A stretch of 64,000 nt of DNA from Octopus sinensis (GCF_006345805.1 NW_021835984.1:12076-76075), one strand, 5' to 3'. Counted from the first letter of the stretch, positions 1 through 12,885 are shown. Notes: generated from the sequence alone by a model not told the origin. Numbers and translations: made by a program.

Positions 1-289
1 TAGCATGCATACTTCCATGCATGTATACCTCTGTGCGTATATGTATACGTGTGTGTTAGTATGTATGTATATATGTATAAGTATATGTGTGTGTGTAAGT
101 GTGTGTGTAGACTAATAAAAAGCCGTTATTTTATTGACCTTTGACATTGTTCCCCACCCGCACACCTCGTCGTCATCACATCATCACCATTGCTGTCATC
201 ACCTATAACATTGTCATCGTTCAAATTACAGAAAATTGCTTTCCTCTTCTCTATGACTTCCCCTCCTTCTCTATGACTTCCCCTCCATC

Positions 290-321
<32 letters not shown>

Positions 322-439
322 CAACAACAGCAGTAACAAATTCAATGAGTCATCGAACGAGTCACTATGTGATAACTCGACTTGCTAGAAGTAGCAGCCA
401 AAACTGTCCTTTAAATTACACCCTACTTTAAAGGACAGT

Positions 440-592
440 GGCTTCGAAACTCTCTTTGCAACCAAATGGTTTCGGGTTCAGTCCCGTTTCGTGGCACTTT
501 TGGGAAAGTGCCTTTTATTATATAGCTCCAAGGGTGCCCAGATAATGTGAGTACGTATGCGTATGTGTGTGAGTAAATGTGTGTGTGAGAGA

Positions 593-629
<37 letters not shown>

Positions 630-832
630 TGTATGTGTGTGTGTTTGTGTTTGTCCCCCAGAACCGCTTAACGAACGGTGTTAGTTTGTTTACGTCCAGC
701 AACTTAGCGTTTCGGCAAAATAGACCGATAGAATAAGTATCAAACTTACAATAAGTGCTGGAGTTAAATTGTTCGACAAAAATCCCTTGAAAGCGATGCC
801 CCAGCATAGCCGCAATCCGATTAAGTAAAAGA
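440..832 (+). mobile_element. Diverged tRNA-type SINE, family A (second copy at ~4508-4903)
   Basis: Contains ggtttcgggttcagtccc, cttagcgtttcggcaaaatagaccgatagaataagta and ccagcatagccgca, all matching the better-preserved family A copies in the window. Confidence 0.7.
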
Positions 833-944
833 TTAACGACAAACTCTGCACAATAATCGAGAAACAGACTGAGATGGTCATGGTTAGAAAGTCTTTGATG
901 TGGAGGTTGCGACATTTTAGTGAAGACAGGCAAACTAATAGACA

Positions 945-2600
945 AACAGACAGAGGGGAGTCAGAAGACAGACAGAAGGGAGTCAGAAGACAGACAGAAG
1001 GGAGTCAGAAGACAGACAGAAGGGAGTCAGAAGACAGACAGAAGGGAGTAAGAAGACAGACAGAGGGGAGTCAGAAGACAGACAGAGGGGAGTCAGAAGA
1101 CAGACACAGGGGAGTCAGAAGACAGACAGAGGGGAGTCAAAAGACAGGGAACCAGAAGACAAACATAGGGGAGATTAACGACAAACTCTGCACAATATCG
1201 AGAAACATACTGAGATGGTCATGGTTAGAAAGTCTTTGATGTGGAGGTTGCGACATTTTAGTGAAGACAGGCAACTCTAAACAATAGACAAACAGACGAA
1301 GGAGTCAGAAGACAGACAAAGGGGTCAGAAGACAGACAGAAGGAGTCAAAAGACAGACAGAAGGGAGTAAGAAGACAGACAGAGGTGAGTCAAGAAGACG
1401 ACAGAGGGGAGTCAGAAGACAGACACAGGGGAGTCAGAAGACAGACAGAAGGGAGTCAGAAGACAGGCAAAGGGGAGTCAGAAGACAGACAGAGGGGAGT
1501 CAGAATACAGACAGAGGGGAGTAAAAAAACAGACAGAAGGGAGTAAGAAGACAGACAGAGGGGAGTCAGAAGACAGACAGAGGGGAGTCAAAAGACAGAC
1601 AGAAGGGAGTCAAAAGACAGACAGAAGGGAGTCAGAAGACAGGCAAAGGGGAGTCAGAAGACAGACAGAGGGGAGTCAAAAGACAGACAGAAGGGAGTCA
1701 AAAGACAGACAGAAGGGAATAAGAAGACAGACAGAGAGGAGTCAAAAAACAGACAGAAGGGAAGAAGACGACAGAGGGGAGTCAGAAGACAGACAGAGGG
1801 GAGTCAGAAGACAGACAGAAGGAGTCAAAAGACAGACAGAAGGGAATCAAGACAGACAGAAGGGAGTCAGAAGACAGAGGGAGTCAGAAGACAGACAGAG
1901 GGGAGTCAAGACAACAGACAGAGGGGAGTCAGAAGACAGACAGAGGGGAGTCAGAAGACAGACAGAAGGGAGTTAAAAGACAGACAGAGGGGAGTCAGAA
2001 GACAGACAGAAGGGAGTCAGAAGACAGACAGAGGGGAGTCAAAGGACAGACAGAGGGGAGTCAGAAGACAGACAGAAGGGAGTCAAAAGACAGACAGAAG
2101 GGAGTCAGAAGACAGACAGAGGGGAGTCAGAAGACAGACAGAAGGGAGTCAAAAGACAGACAGAAGGGAGTCAGAAGACAGACAGAAGGGAGTCAAAAGA
2201 CAGACAGAGGGGAGTCAGAAGACAGACAGAGGGGAGTCAAAAGACAGACAGAAGGGAGTCAGAAGACAGACAGAAGGGAGTCAAAAGACAGACAGAGGGG
2301 AGTCAGAAGACAGACAGAAGGGAGTCAAAAGACAGACAGAGGGGAGTGAGAAGACAGACAGAAGGGAGTCAGAAGACAGACAGAAGGGAGTCAGAAGACA
2401 GACAGAAGGGAGTAAGAAGACAGACAGAAGGGAGTAAGAAGACAGATAGAGGGGAGTCAGAAGACATACAGAGGGGAGTCAGAAGACAGACAGAGGGGAG
2501 TCAGAAGACATACAGATGGAGTCAGAAGACAGATAGAGGGGAGTCAGAAGACATACAGAGGGGAGTCAAAAGACAGACAGAGGGGAGTCAGAAGACAGAC
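945..2600. repeat. 22-bp purine-rich minisatellite (gacagacagaagggagtcagaa)n, interrupted once by a unique spacer
   Basis: Direct tandem repeats; the ORF track shows a 22-aa period (3 x 22 nt). Confidence 0.95.
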
Positions 2601-2772
2601 AGTTCGAGATAAATGATGAAAGAGAGGGAGGGAATAATAAAAGCAGATAATTGGTGATATGTTATGGGAAAGCAATGTGAAGAGAGAAGCAAACAAGACG
2701 TGAGAAAGGATATGGATAGAGAGAGAGGGAATGTGAGAGAGAAGGAGAAAAGAGAAAGAGACAGAGAAGGAC

Positions 2773-2855
<83 letters not shown>

Positions 2856-3147
2856 CAGACAAACAGACAGACAAACAGATTGACAGACTGATTTTTTATT
2901 CATCGATTTATTGATTCCTTGACAAATGAGAAAGAAAGAAAGAAAGAAAGAAGAAAGAAAAAGAAAGAAAGAAAGAAAGAAGAAGGAAAGAAAGAAAGGA
3001 AGAAAGGCTTTCACGGGCAGAATTAATCAGAAGATAGACAAAAAAAGGCAAAAAGGAAAACAAGGAAAGAAGAAAATTGGTCAAGATTACAGGAATACAG
3101 AGAGAGAGAGGGGGAGAGAGAGAGATAGAGAGAGAGAGAGGGAGAGG

Positions 3148-3183
<36 letters not shown>

Positions 3184-3186
3184 GTA

Positions 3187-3233
<47 letters not shown>

Positions 3234-3573
3234 TAGAAGGAAAGAGATGGGCATTGTGGCGAAAATGGAGCTTGATGGAAAGTGGTGGTGGTGGTGGTGG
3301 AGGGCCGTTAGGAATAGAGGCGAAATAGACATAGAGGGAGTGGAGAAATAGAGGAAGAAAGGAAAGAAAAGAGAGCAATAGAGAAAAGGGAAGGAGAGAG
3401 AGAAAGCGAAAGATAAGAGAAGCGGAGGGTCAACATCCAGGTTAGCTGTTAGTCGATTCGGGGGTTCTAGGACACGTGAAATGTCAAGCGTTACCGGATG
3501 AATCTGTCTTTACATTTCTATAAAATATGGTGGAAAGGAGGGAGAGAAAAAGAAGATAGGACTCACACACGCA

Positions 3574-3635
<62 letters not shown>

Positions 3636-4002
3636 CACACACATACACACATATTTATGCATATATGTGTGAATATACATCATCATCATCATCATCATCA
3701 TCATCATGTCAATAAGGCACCGACTGGATCTATTGCGCTACTTAACAGCATGAGGAATACACACACACACACACACACGCACACACGCACGCGCGCGCAT
3801 AGCTAGTGCCCGTCCTTACAGCGCATATGCACTTACAAACATGGCCGTATACGGGTGACAGTATTTAGAAGTGTGAGCGTGTGTGTATAGGCTTGTGTGA
3901 GAAACAGTGTGTTTGTATATACGCGTGCGCACACCACACACACACACACACACCACATACACACACACACACTCAGATAAATACATATAAATCTATACGT
4001 AT

Positions 4003-4043
<41 letters not shown>

Positions 4044-4068
4044 TGTCTGTGTATGTATGCTGCTATGT

Positions 4069-4668
4069 TAGCATGCATACTTCCATGCATGTATACCTCT
4101 GTGCGTATATGTATACGTGTGTGTTAGTATGTATGTATATATGTATAAGTATATGTGTGTGTGTAAGTGTGTGTGTAGACTAATAAAAAGCCGTTATTTT
4201 ATTGACCTTTGACATTGTTCCCCACCCGCACACCTCGTCGTCATCACATCATCACCATTGCTGTCATCACCTATAACATTGTCATCGTTCAAATTACAGA
4301 AAATTGCTTTCCTCTTCTCTATGACTTCCCCTCCTTCTCTATGACTTCCCCTCCATCACCACCACCCCACCAACAACAACAACAACAACAACAACCACAA
4401 CAAAAGCAGTAACAAATTCAATGAGTCATCGAACGAGTCACTATGTGATAACTCGACTTGCTAGAAGTAGCAGCCAAAACTGTCCTTTAAATTACACCCT
4501 ACTTTAAAGGACAGTGGCTTCGAACTCTCTTTGCCACCAAATGGTTTCGGGTTCAGTCCCGTTTCGTGGCACTTTTGGGAAAGTGCCTTTTATTATATAG
4601 CTCCAAGGGTGCCCAGATAATGTGAGTACGTATGCGGTATGTGTGTGAGTAAATGTGTGTGTGAGAGA

Positions 4669-4705
<37 letters not shown>

Positions 4706-7240
4706 TGTATGTGTGTGTGTTGTGTTTGTCCCCCAGAACCGCTTAACGAACGGTGTTAGTTTTTTACGTCCAGCAACTTAGCGTTCGGCAAAATAGACCG
4801 ATAGAATAAGTATCAAACTTACAATAAGTGCTGGAGTTAAATTGTTCGACAAAAATCCCTTGAAAGCGATGCCCCAGCATAGCCGCAATCCGATTAAGTA
4901 AAAGATTAACGACAAACTCTGCACAATAATCGAGAAACAGACTGAGATGGTCATGGTTAGAAAGTCTTTGATGTGGAGGTTGCGACATTTTAGTGAGAAG
5001 GCAAAAAAACTAATAGACAAACAGACAGAGGGGAGTCAGAAGACAGACAGAAGGGAGTCAGAAGACAGACAGAAGGGAGTCAGAAGACAGACAGAAGGGA
5101 GTCAGAAGACAGACAGAAGGGAGTAAGAAGACAGACAGAGGGGAGTCAGAAGACAGACAGAGGGGAGTCAGAAGACAGACACAGGGGAGTCAGAAGACAG
5201 ACAGAGGGGAGTCAGAAGACAGACAGAAGGGAGTCAGAAGACAGACAGAGGGGAGTCAAAAGACAGGGGAACCAGAAGACAAACAGAGGGGAGATTAACG
5301 ACAAACTCTGCACAATAATCGAGAAACAGACTGAGATGGTCATGGTTAGAAAGTCTTTGATGTGGAGGTTGCGACATTTTAGTGAAGACAGGCAAACTAA
5401 TAGACAAACAGACAGAAGGGAGTCAGAAGACAGACAGAAGGGAGTCAGAAGACAGACAGAAGGGAGTCAGAAGACAGACAGAAGGGAGTAAGAAGACAGA
5501 CAGAGGGGAGTCAGAAGACAGACAGAGGGGAGTCAGAAGACAGACACAGGGGAGTCAGAAGACAGACAGAAGGGAGTCAGAAGACAGACAGAGGGGAGTC
5601 AAAAGACAGGGGAACCAGAAGACAAACAGAGGGGAGATTAACGACAAACTCTGCACAATAATCGAGAAACAGACTGAGATGGTCATGGTTAGAAAGTCTT
5701 TGATGTGGAGGTTGCGACATTTTAGTGAAGACAGGCAAACTAATAGACAAACAGACAGAAGGGAGTCAGAAGACAGACAGAAGGGAGTCAGAAGACAGAC
5801 AGAAGGGAGTCAGAAGACAGACAGAAGGGAGTAAGAAGACAGACAGAGGGGAGTCAGAAGACAGACAGAGGGGAGTCAGAAGACAGACACAGGGGAGTCA
5901 GAAGACAGACAGAAGGGAGTCAGAAGACAGGCAAAGGGGAGTCAGAAGACAGACAGAGGGGAGTCAGAAGACAGACAGAGGGGAGTAAAAAAACAGACAG
6001 AAGGGAGTAAGAAGACAGACAGAGGGGAGTCAGAAGACAGACAGAGGGGAGTCAAAAGACAGACAGAAGGGAGTCAAAAGACAGACAGAAGGGAGTCAGA
6101 AGACAGGCAAAGGGGAGTCAGAAGACAGACAGAGGGGAGTCAAAAGACAGACAGAAGGGAGTCAAAAGACAGACAGAAGGGAATAAGAAGACAGACAGAG
6201 AGGAGTCAAAAAACAGACAGAAGGGAGTAAGAAGACAGACAGAGGGGAGTCAGAAGACAGACAGAGGGGAGTCAGAAGACAGACAGAAGGGAGTCAAAAG
6301 ACAGACAGAAGGGAATCAGAAGACAGACAGAAGGGAGTCAGAAGACAGAGGGGAGTCAGAAGACAGACAGAGGGGAGTCAGAAGACAGACAGAGGGGAGT
6401 CAGAAGACAGACAGAGGGGAGTCAGAAGACAGACAGAAGGGAGTTAAAAGACAGACAGAGGGGAGTCAGAAGACAGACAGAAGGGAGTCAGAAGACAGAC
6501 AGAGGGGAGTCAAAGGACAGACAGAGGGGAGTCAGAAGACAGACAGAAGGGAGTCAAAAGACAGACAGAAGGGAGTCAGAAGACAGACAGAGGGGAGTCA
6601 GAAGACAGACAGAAGGGAGTCAAAAGACAGACAGAAGGGAGTCAGAAGACAGACAGAAGGGAGTCAAAAGACAGACAGAGGGGAGTCAGAAGACAGACAG
6701 AGGGGAGTCAAAAGACAGACAGAAGGGAGTCAGAAGACAGACAGAAGGGAGTCAAAAGACAGACAGAGGGGAGTCAGAAGACAGACAGAGGGGAGTCAAA
6801 AGACAGACAGAGGGGAGTGAGAAGACAGACAGAAGGGAGTCAGAAGACAGACAGAAGGGAGTCAGAAGACAGACAGAAGGGAGTAAGAAGACAGACAGAA
6901 GGGAGTAAGAAGACAGATAGGGGGAGTCAGAAGACATACAGAGGGGAGTCAGAAGACAGACAGAGGGGAGTCAGAAGACATACAGATGGAGTCAGAAGAC
7001 AGATAGAGGGGAGTCAGAAGACATACAGAGGGGAGTCAAAAGACAGACAGAGGGGAGTCAGAAGACAGACAGTTCGAGATAAATGATGAAAGAGAGGGAG
7101 GGAATAATAAAAGCAGATAATTGGTGATATGTTATGGGAAAGCAATGTGAGAGAGAAGCAAACAAGACGTGAGAAAGGATATGGATAGAGAGAGAGGGAA
7201 TGTGAGAGAGAAGAGAAAAGAGAAAGAGACAGAGAAGGAC

Positions 7241-7319
<79 letters not shown>

Positions 7320-7407
7320 AGACAGACAAACAGACAGACAACAGATTGACAGACTGATTTTTTATTCATCGATTATTGATTCCTTGACAAATGAGAAAGA
7401 AAGAAAG

Positions 7408-7442
<35 letters not shown>

Positions 7443-7578
7443 AGAAGGAAAGAAGAAAGAAAGGAAGAGAAGGGGCTCACGGGCAGAATAATCAGAAGAT
7501 AGACAAAAAAAAGGCCAAAAAGGAAAACAAGGGAAGAAGAAAATTGGTCAAGATTACAGGAATACAGAGAGAGAGAGG

Positions 7579-7622
<44 letters not shown>

Positions 7623-7656
7623 GAGAGACAGACAGACGACAGACAGACAGACAGTA

Positions 7657-7691
<35 letters not shown>

Positions 7692-8043
7692 GACAGACAG
7701 ATAGAAGAAAGAGATGGGCATTGTGGCGAAAATGGAGCTTGATGGAAAGTGGTGGTGGTGGTGGTGGAGGGCCGTTAGGAATAGAGGCGAAATAGACATA
7801 GAGGGAGTGGAGAAATAGAGGAAGAAAGGAAAGAAAAGAGAGCAATAGAGAAAAGGGAAGGAGAGAGAGGAAAGCGAAAGATTAAGAGAAGCGGAGGGTC
7901 AACATCCAGGTTAGTTGTTAGTCGATTCGGGGGTTCTAGGACACGTGAAATGTCAAGCGTTACCGGATGAATCTGTCTTTACATTTCTATAAAATATGGT
8001 GGAAAGGAGGGAGAGAAAAAGAAGATAGGACTCACACACGCAT

Positions 8044-8104
<61 letters not shown>

Positions 8105-8440
8105 CACACACATACACACATATTTATGCATATATGTGTGAATATACATCATCATCATCATCATCATCATCATCATGTCAATAAGGCACCGACTGGATCT
8201 ATTGCGCTACTTAACAGCATGAGGAATACACACACACACACACACGCACACACGCACGCGCGCGCATAGCTAGTGCCCGTCCTTACAGCGCATATGCACT
8301 TACAAACATGGCCGTATACGGGTGACAGTATTTAGAAGTGTGAGCGTGTGTGTATAGGCTTGTGTGAGAAACAGTGTGTTTGTATATACGCGTGCGCACA
8401 CACACACACACACACACCACACACACATACACACACACAG
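4069..8440. repeat. Copy 2 of the tandem duplication
   Basis: Colinear with 1-~3970. It differs by many 1-bp indels and one extra internal subunit, and similarity ends in a (CA)n tract near 8440. Confidence 0.93.
5025..7070. repeat. 22-bp minisatellite, copy in the second duplication unit
   Basis: Same unit and the same order of variant units as 945-2600. Confidence 0.95.
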
Positions 8441-8538
8441 ATATATACAGAAGCCTAAGAGCAATCAGTTCACGTCGTGAGGGTTAAATTTTTGGATTAA
8501 CTGTTTGGGATTGAAAACAACATACTTAAAAATTTCAC

Positions 8539-8970
8539 GTTGCTTCCCAGCCATTTGGTTCCGGGTTCAGTCCCACTGCGTGACACCTTGGGCAAGTATC
8601 TTCTACTATAGCCTCGGGCCGAACAAAGCTTTGTGAGTGAATTTCGTAGACGGAAACTGAAAGAAGCCCGTCGTATATATATGTGTGTGTATATGTAGTA
8701 TGTATGTATGTATGTATGTATGTATGTATGCATGCATGTATATATGTATGTATATATTTGTGTGTCTGTGTTTGCCACCCTGCCAAACATCGCTTGACAA
8801 CCGATGCTGGTGTGTTTACGACCCCGTAACTTAGCGGTTCAGCAAAAGAGGCCTATAGAAATAGAATAAGTACCATGCTTACACAGAATAAGTCCTGAGG
8901 TCGATTAGCTCGACAAAAGGCGGTGCTCCAGCATGGCCGCAGTCAAATGACTGAAACAAAAGAATAAAAG

Positions 8971-8975
<5 letters not shown>
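8539..8975 (+). mobile_element. tRNA-type SINE, family A, 5' end slightly truncated
   Basis: B-box-like ggttcagtccc, body cttgggcaag...gacggaaactgaaagaagcccgtcg, internal microsatellite, tail ggcggtgctccagcatggccgcagtcaaatgactgaaac. Confidence 0.9.
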
Positions 8976-9009
<34 letters not shown>

Positions 9010-9177
9010 TACATATATACATACATATATACATACATATATATATATGTGTGTGTGTATATATATACATATGTACATACATATATATATACATATATAT
9101 ATATATATAATATATATATTATATTATACATACATACATACATACATACATACATACATACATACATACATACATAC

Positions 9178-9352
9178 ATGGTGGCTGTCCCCCCGTTATC
9201 GAAGCTTAATCAATGTTGTTATCGTGCAAAGGCTGTGCACTGAGTCAATCCTACTCACTAAGCAACAGCAGCCATAATCCGAAAAGAAGAACAAGTCAAC
9301 ATCATCGGTAACCACTGAGCCGCAGGTTTTATGTCGGAGTTATCCCAGTTAC
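9178..9352 (-). mobile_element. 3' fragment of a retroposon with a (TATG)n tail; same family as 29348-29735
   Basis: Near-identical to 29348-29575 apart from internal deletions; both copies abut a (CATA)n array on the same side. Confidence 0.75.
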
Positions 9353-9435
9353 ATTGGGCAAGTAACTTCTACGATAGCTTCGGGTCTTGTGAGTGAATTT
9401 GGTAGACGGAAACTGAAAGAAGTCCGTTGTGTGTA

Positions 9436-9477
<42 letters not shown>

Positions 9478-9690
9478 TGTATTTGTGAGTGTGTCTGTGT
9501 TTGGGCCCCGCCCCACCGGCCATTGCTTGACAACCGATGCTGGTGGTTTAAATTACGGTAGAAGTGGCCAATAGAATAGATACCAGGCATTCAAATAATA
9601 AGTCCTGGGATCGATTTCTTCCACTAAAACCCTTTAAGGCGGTGCTCCTGCATGGCCGCAGTCAAATGACTAAAACAAGTGAAAGAATAC
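9352..9690 (+). mobile_element. Family A SINE, 3' part
   Basis: Contains gggcaagt, ttggtagacggaaactgaaagaag and ggcggtgctcctgcatggccgcagtcaaatgac. Confidence 0.85.
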
Positions 9691-9705
9691 CGAAATATAC
9701 ATATA

Positions 9706-9955
9706 TGATGGACTCTCCCTTCGAAGACAACGTATGAGCGCACAGCTTTTGTCGAACGTCCTGCATAAATGATTGTGATCAAATATTTGTGCTGCACATC
9801 AGGTCACTGCATCCATCAAATGGACGTTGTCCGAACAGGCACACACAGGTTGCTACACATCAGATGTCGAAGTGATTGCAGAGCAACGAGAGATGAAGTG
9901 TTTTACTCCAGAATACAACGCACCACCCAGTCTCCACCTTAGCACTAGGCCATGC
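9706..9955 (-). mobile_element. Degraded SINE-like repeat, a different family
   Basis: The minus strand has gcgttgtattctggagtaaaacacttcatctc, similar to the post-tRNA segment of the SINE at 16607-16870, followed by a different body. Confidence 0.5.
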
Positions 9956-9988
9956 GCCCAACCACATGGTTTCGGGTTCAGTCACAGA

Positions 9989-10219
9989 CGTGGCTGTGTG
10001 GTAAGAAGCTTGCTTCCCAACCAGATGGTCCCGGGTTCAGTTACACTGCGTGGTACCCTGGGCAAGTGTTTTCTACTATAACCTTGGGCCGATCAAAGCC
10101 TTGTGAGTGGATTTGGTAAACGGAAACTGAAAGAAGCCCGTCGTATATATATGTGTGTATTTATCTGTACGTATGTTTGTGTCTGTTTGTCCCCACTCCA
10201 CCAACGCTTGACAACCGAT
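9989..10219 (+). mobile_element. Family A SINE, 5' half
   Basis: A-box-like tggctgtgtggtaag and B-box-like gggttcagttac, followed by the family body. Confidence 0.85.
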
Positions 10220-10330
10220 TTTATTTCTACCTCCATTCTCTTATTTCCCTCTAAATTCATTATCTCCTCCCTTTCCATAATAATTCCTTATTTGAACTCA
10301 AATATTTACCCCTATTAACCATCTCGCATC

Positions 10331-10378
10331 GTCTCTGATGAAGGGATATCCATAATATCCCATAAACAGCTGTACGAC
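10331..10378 (+). ncRNA. Degenerate minimal hammerhead ribozyme motif
   Basis: gtct-CTGATGA-A-GGGATA/TATCCC stem II-(at)AAACAGCTGT-A-cgac. Stem III (ACAGCTGT) is palindromic; G12 is lost and stem I has a mismatch. Confidence 0.6.
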
Positions 10379-10652
10379 CATAACTATACCTTTTGCGTTC
10401 TTGAGCAAAACACTTCATTTCGCATTGCTCCAGTCCAGGATGACCACCCCTGAGACGGACTGGCGTCCGATTCAGTGGGATGAGAGTAACTGTGGTACCT
10501 TATATGCCCTTATGAGTACTGCCACTCAAAACAGTACTTGCCTTCTTTACGTGTAGCTGTAGATAGTTCATTTGTGCATTTGTCCCCTCAAGCCCTAATC
10601 TCCTTTAATATACGTTTGTGATTTGTCTATCGCTGAACCTTTTTAATTATTA

Positions 10653-11072
10653 CTCTTTTTACTCTTTTACTTGTTTCAGTCATCTGACTGCGGCCATGCT
10701 GGAGCACCGCCTTTAATCGAGCAACTCGACCCTGGGACTTATTCTCTTGTAAGCCCAGTACTTATTCTATCGGTCTCTTTTGCCGAACCGCTAAGTAACG
10801 GAGACATAAACACACCAGCATCGGTTGTCAAGCAATGCTAGGGGACAAACACAGACACACAAACACACACACACACGCATATATATATATATATATATAT
10901 ATACATACATATATACGACGGGCTTCTTTCAGTTTCCGTCTACCAAATCCACTCACAAGGCATTGGTCGGCCCGGGGCTATAGCAGAAGACACTTGCCCA
11001 AGATGCCACGCAGTGGGACTGAACCCGGAACCATGTGGTTGGTTAGCAAGCTACTTACCACACAGCCACTCC
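10653..11072 (-). mobile_element. Near full-length family A SINE flanked by a ~92-100-bp direct repeat
   Basis: Full reverse complement of the SINE; the flanks 10552-10652 and 11073-11164 are near-identical. Confidence 0.92.
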
Positions 11073-11715
11073 TGTAGCTGTAGATAGTTCATTTGTGCAT
11101 TTGTCCCCTCAAGCCTTTAATATACGTTTGTGATTTGTCTATCGCTGAACCTTTTTAATTATTAGTTTTTTTTACTTTTTACTTTTTTTTTTAACTTTTT
11201 TTTTGCAATTGTTTTATTGAAAGAATGAGTCAAAATCGTGTGGTGGTGTTGTGTTTTTTTGCCTTTAACTATTTTTCTCTCCACTCTGCGTGCTTTTGGT
11301 GAGTGATTTCCGTGAAATATCTGATATAGGCGTTCACTTGGTGTTGGAGCGTGCGTAGGGTATTTTAGGTTATTATCGTCACGTGGTGTGGAGTGTAGAT
11401 GTTGCTCTTGTTGAAGTTGCTAATGTTACTAATTACCCCTTATGCTGTTTTACTGTATGTTTTGCAGCTTAAATTACATACAAATATTTTAAATTTTTGC
11501 ACTTTTCTATAGTTTATTTTCTTTATTTTCATATGTAGTTGTTTGATGCCCTGGGATGTTGTTGTTTTTTTTTTTTGCTATGTGGGTCGCTGGTTTTGTT
11601 TTTCACGTTGTTTTTCTTTGCTTTTAATGAGATTGGATATTTCTAATGTGTAGTTGGGGTTGTATCTTTCATATTACGTTGCGTTTCCCTTAATGAGGTA
11701 CGTTGTTGTGGATTA

Positions 11716-12116
11716 TCTTTATATATAAAAGAGAGGTTGTGTGCTGTCTGTCTCCTACGATTTAGATTCCTAACTACTCCCACATTTTGCGGTGCAGTTA
11801 CACCAAAACCGGGTATCTTATAGTCGTGATTCATATCGAGCCCTTCTGGGTATTAGCGCGCGTCTACGATGAGTCTACGATTTAAAAAAAAAATTACCAT
11901 CATTTTTTTCCATCTGAATGCATTTTTTTCGCTATTATATAAGGGAAGTAACTCTCTAAAAATGTCTACGATGAGTCAACGATTTTTTAAAAATTTACCA
12001 TCATTTTTTTTCCATTTTTAATGCATTTTTTGCTACTTTTTGGCTGTAACTCTCTAAAAAAGCTTATATAGTTTATTTCCCTTACAAACCCGAGCAACGC
12101 CGGGCGATACTGCTAG
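11716..12116 (+). mobile_element. Non-autonomous Helitron, family H1
   Basis: A|TC 5' end, subterminal hairpin cccgagcaacgccggg, CTAG|T 3' end, no target-site duplication; homologous to the copies at ~23300 and 26489. Confidence 0.88.
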
Positions 12117-12419
12117 TTTAGGATATAAAAGAAATTTATGTACGATACAAATGCCTCGCTTAGTATAATTAAAATGTTTTCAAATACCACCGAGGTCGAA
12201 TTTACCATTCATTCGACCGAAGACGAAAAAATATGTACAAGTTTAACCCTGGGGTCAATGTAATCGAGTAACCCCCACCCCCAAAAAAAACCCGCATCCC
12301 TCTGTAAAGCCATGTCCAACTAGTGTGGCAGATCAGGCTCATCAAACCAGTATGATCTCAAGCTCAAATTCACGGCCTCCACACCAGACTGTTGTTAGTG
12401 GTAAGAACATGAGGAGGCC

Positions 12420-12620
12420 TTTGTCCTGTTGCTGCAATAATAATAGGTATAAAACTGAAAGTTTATCATGGGTTCTGGATTTACAGATTCCTTATCAATG
12501 GTCCCTAGTTAGTTGTTTCCTTTCTCCTGTATTTTTCTGGTGTCCAAAGGTCAGCTAATTTCCACAACAGAACATATTCTTTTTCTTGTGCTTCCTCGCA
12601 ACAATACCTGTGTTTGAATC
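12420..12620 (-). mobile_element. Degraded 3' fragment of an R4-type non-LTR retrotransposon (restriction-like endonuclease)
   Basis: The minus strand gives GPLIRNL...FSFIPIIIAATG, matching the better copies at 25.5 and 28.8 kb. Confidence 0.6.
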
Positions 12621-12699
12621 TTTATTTTCAGCATTCTTTTAATCCATCGGTCTCAATATAGTTAACTTTTTCTGTCTGTTTGCCTGTTCGTCTGTTTGT

Positions 12700-12885
12700 C
12701 TGTCTATCTGTATGTATGTATGTATGTATGTATGTATGTATGTATGTGTGTATGTATGTATGTATGTATGTATGTATGTATGTGTGTGTGTATGTATGTA
12801 TGTATGTATGTATGTATGTATGTATGTATGTATGTATGTATGTATGTATGTATGAATGTATGTATGTATGTATGTATGTATGTAT
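12700..12885. repeat. (TATG)n microsatellite
   Basis: Direct observation. Confidence 0.97.

Larger units (their letters stand above)
1..4068. repeat. Copy 1 of a ~4.1-4.4-kb tandem duplication (probably starts upstream of the window)
   Basis: The sequence at position 1 (tagcatgcatacttcc) recurs at 4069. The ORFs at 141 and 4209 are offset by 4068. All internal landmarks are colinear. Confidence 0.95.

Noticed and set aside
832-7070. Repeat-spacer or CRISPR-like appearance of the minisatellite blocks and the 184-bp SINE arrays
   Set aside because: The units are tandem copies without unique spacers, the DNA is eukaryotic, and there are no cas genes.
874-7086. RQTEGSQKTDRR-repeat ORFs
   Set aside because: Translations of the 22-bp minisatellite; the frame is not maintained.
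11190-11715. G/T-skewed block as a possible N-terminal fragment of a Penelope ORF
   Set aside because: The composition resembles 59.4-60.0 kb, but many stops and no diagnostic motif leave it unsupported.
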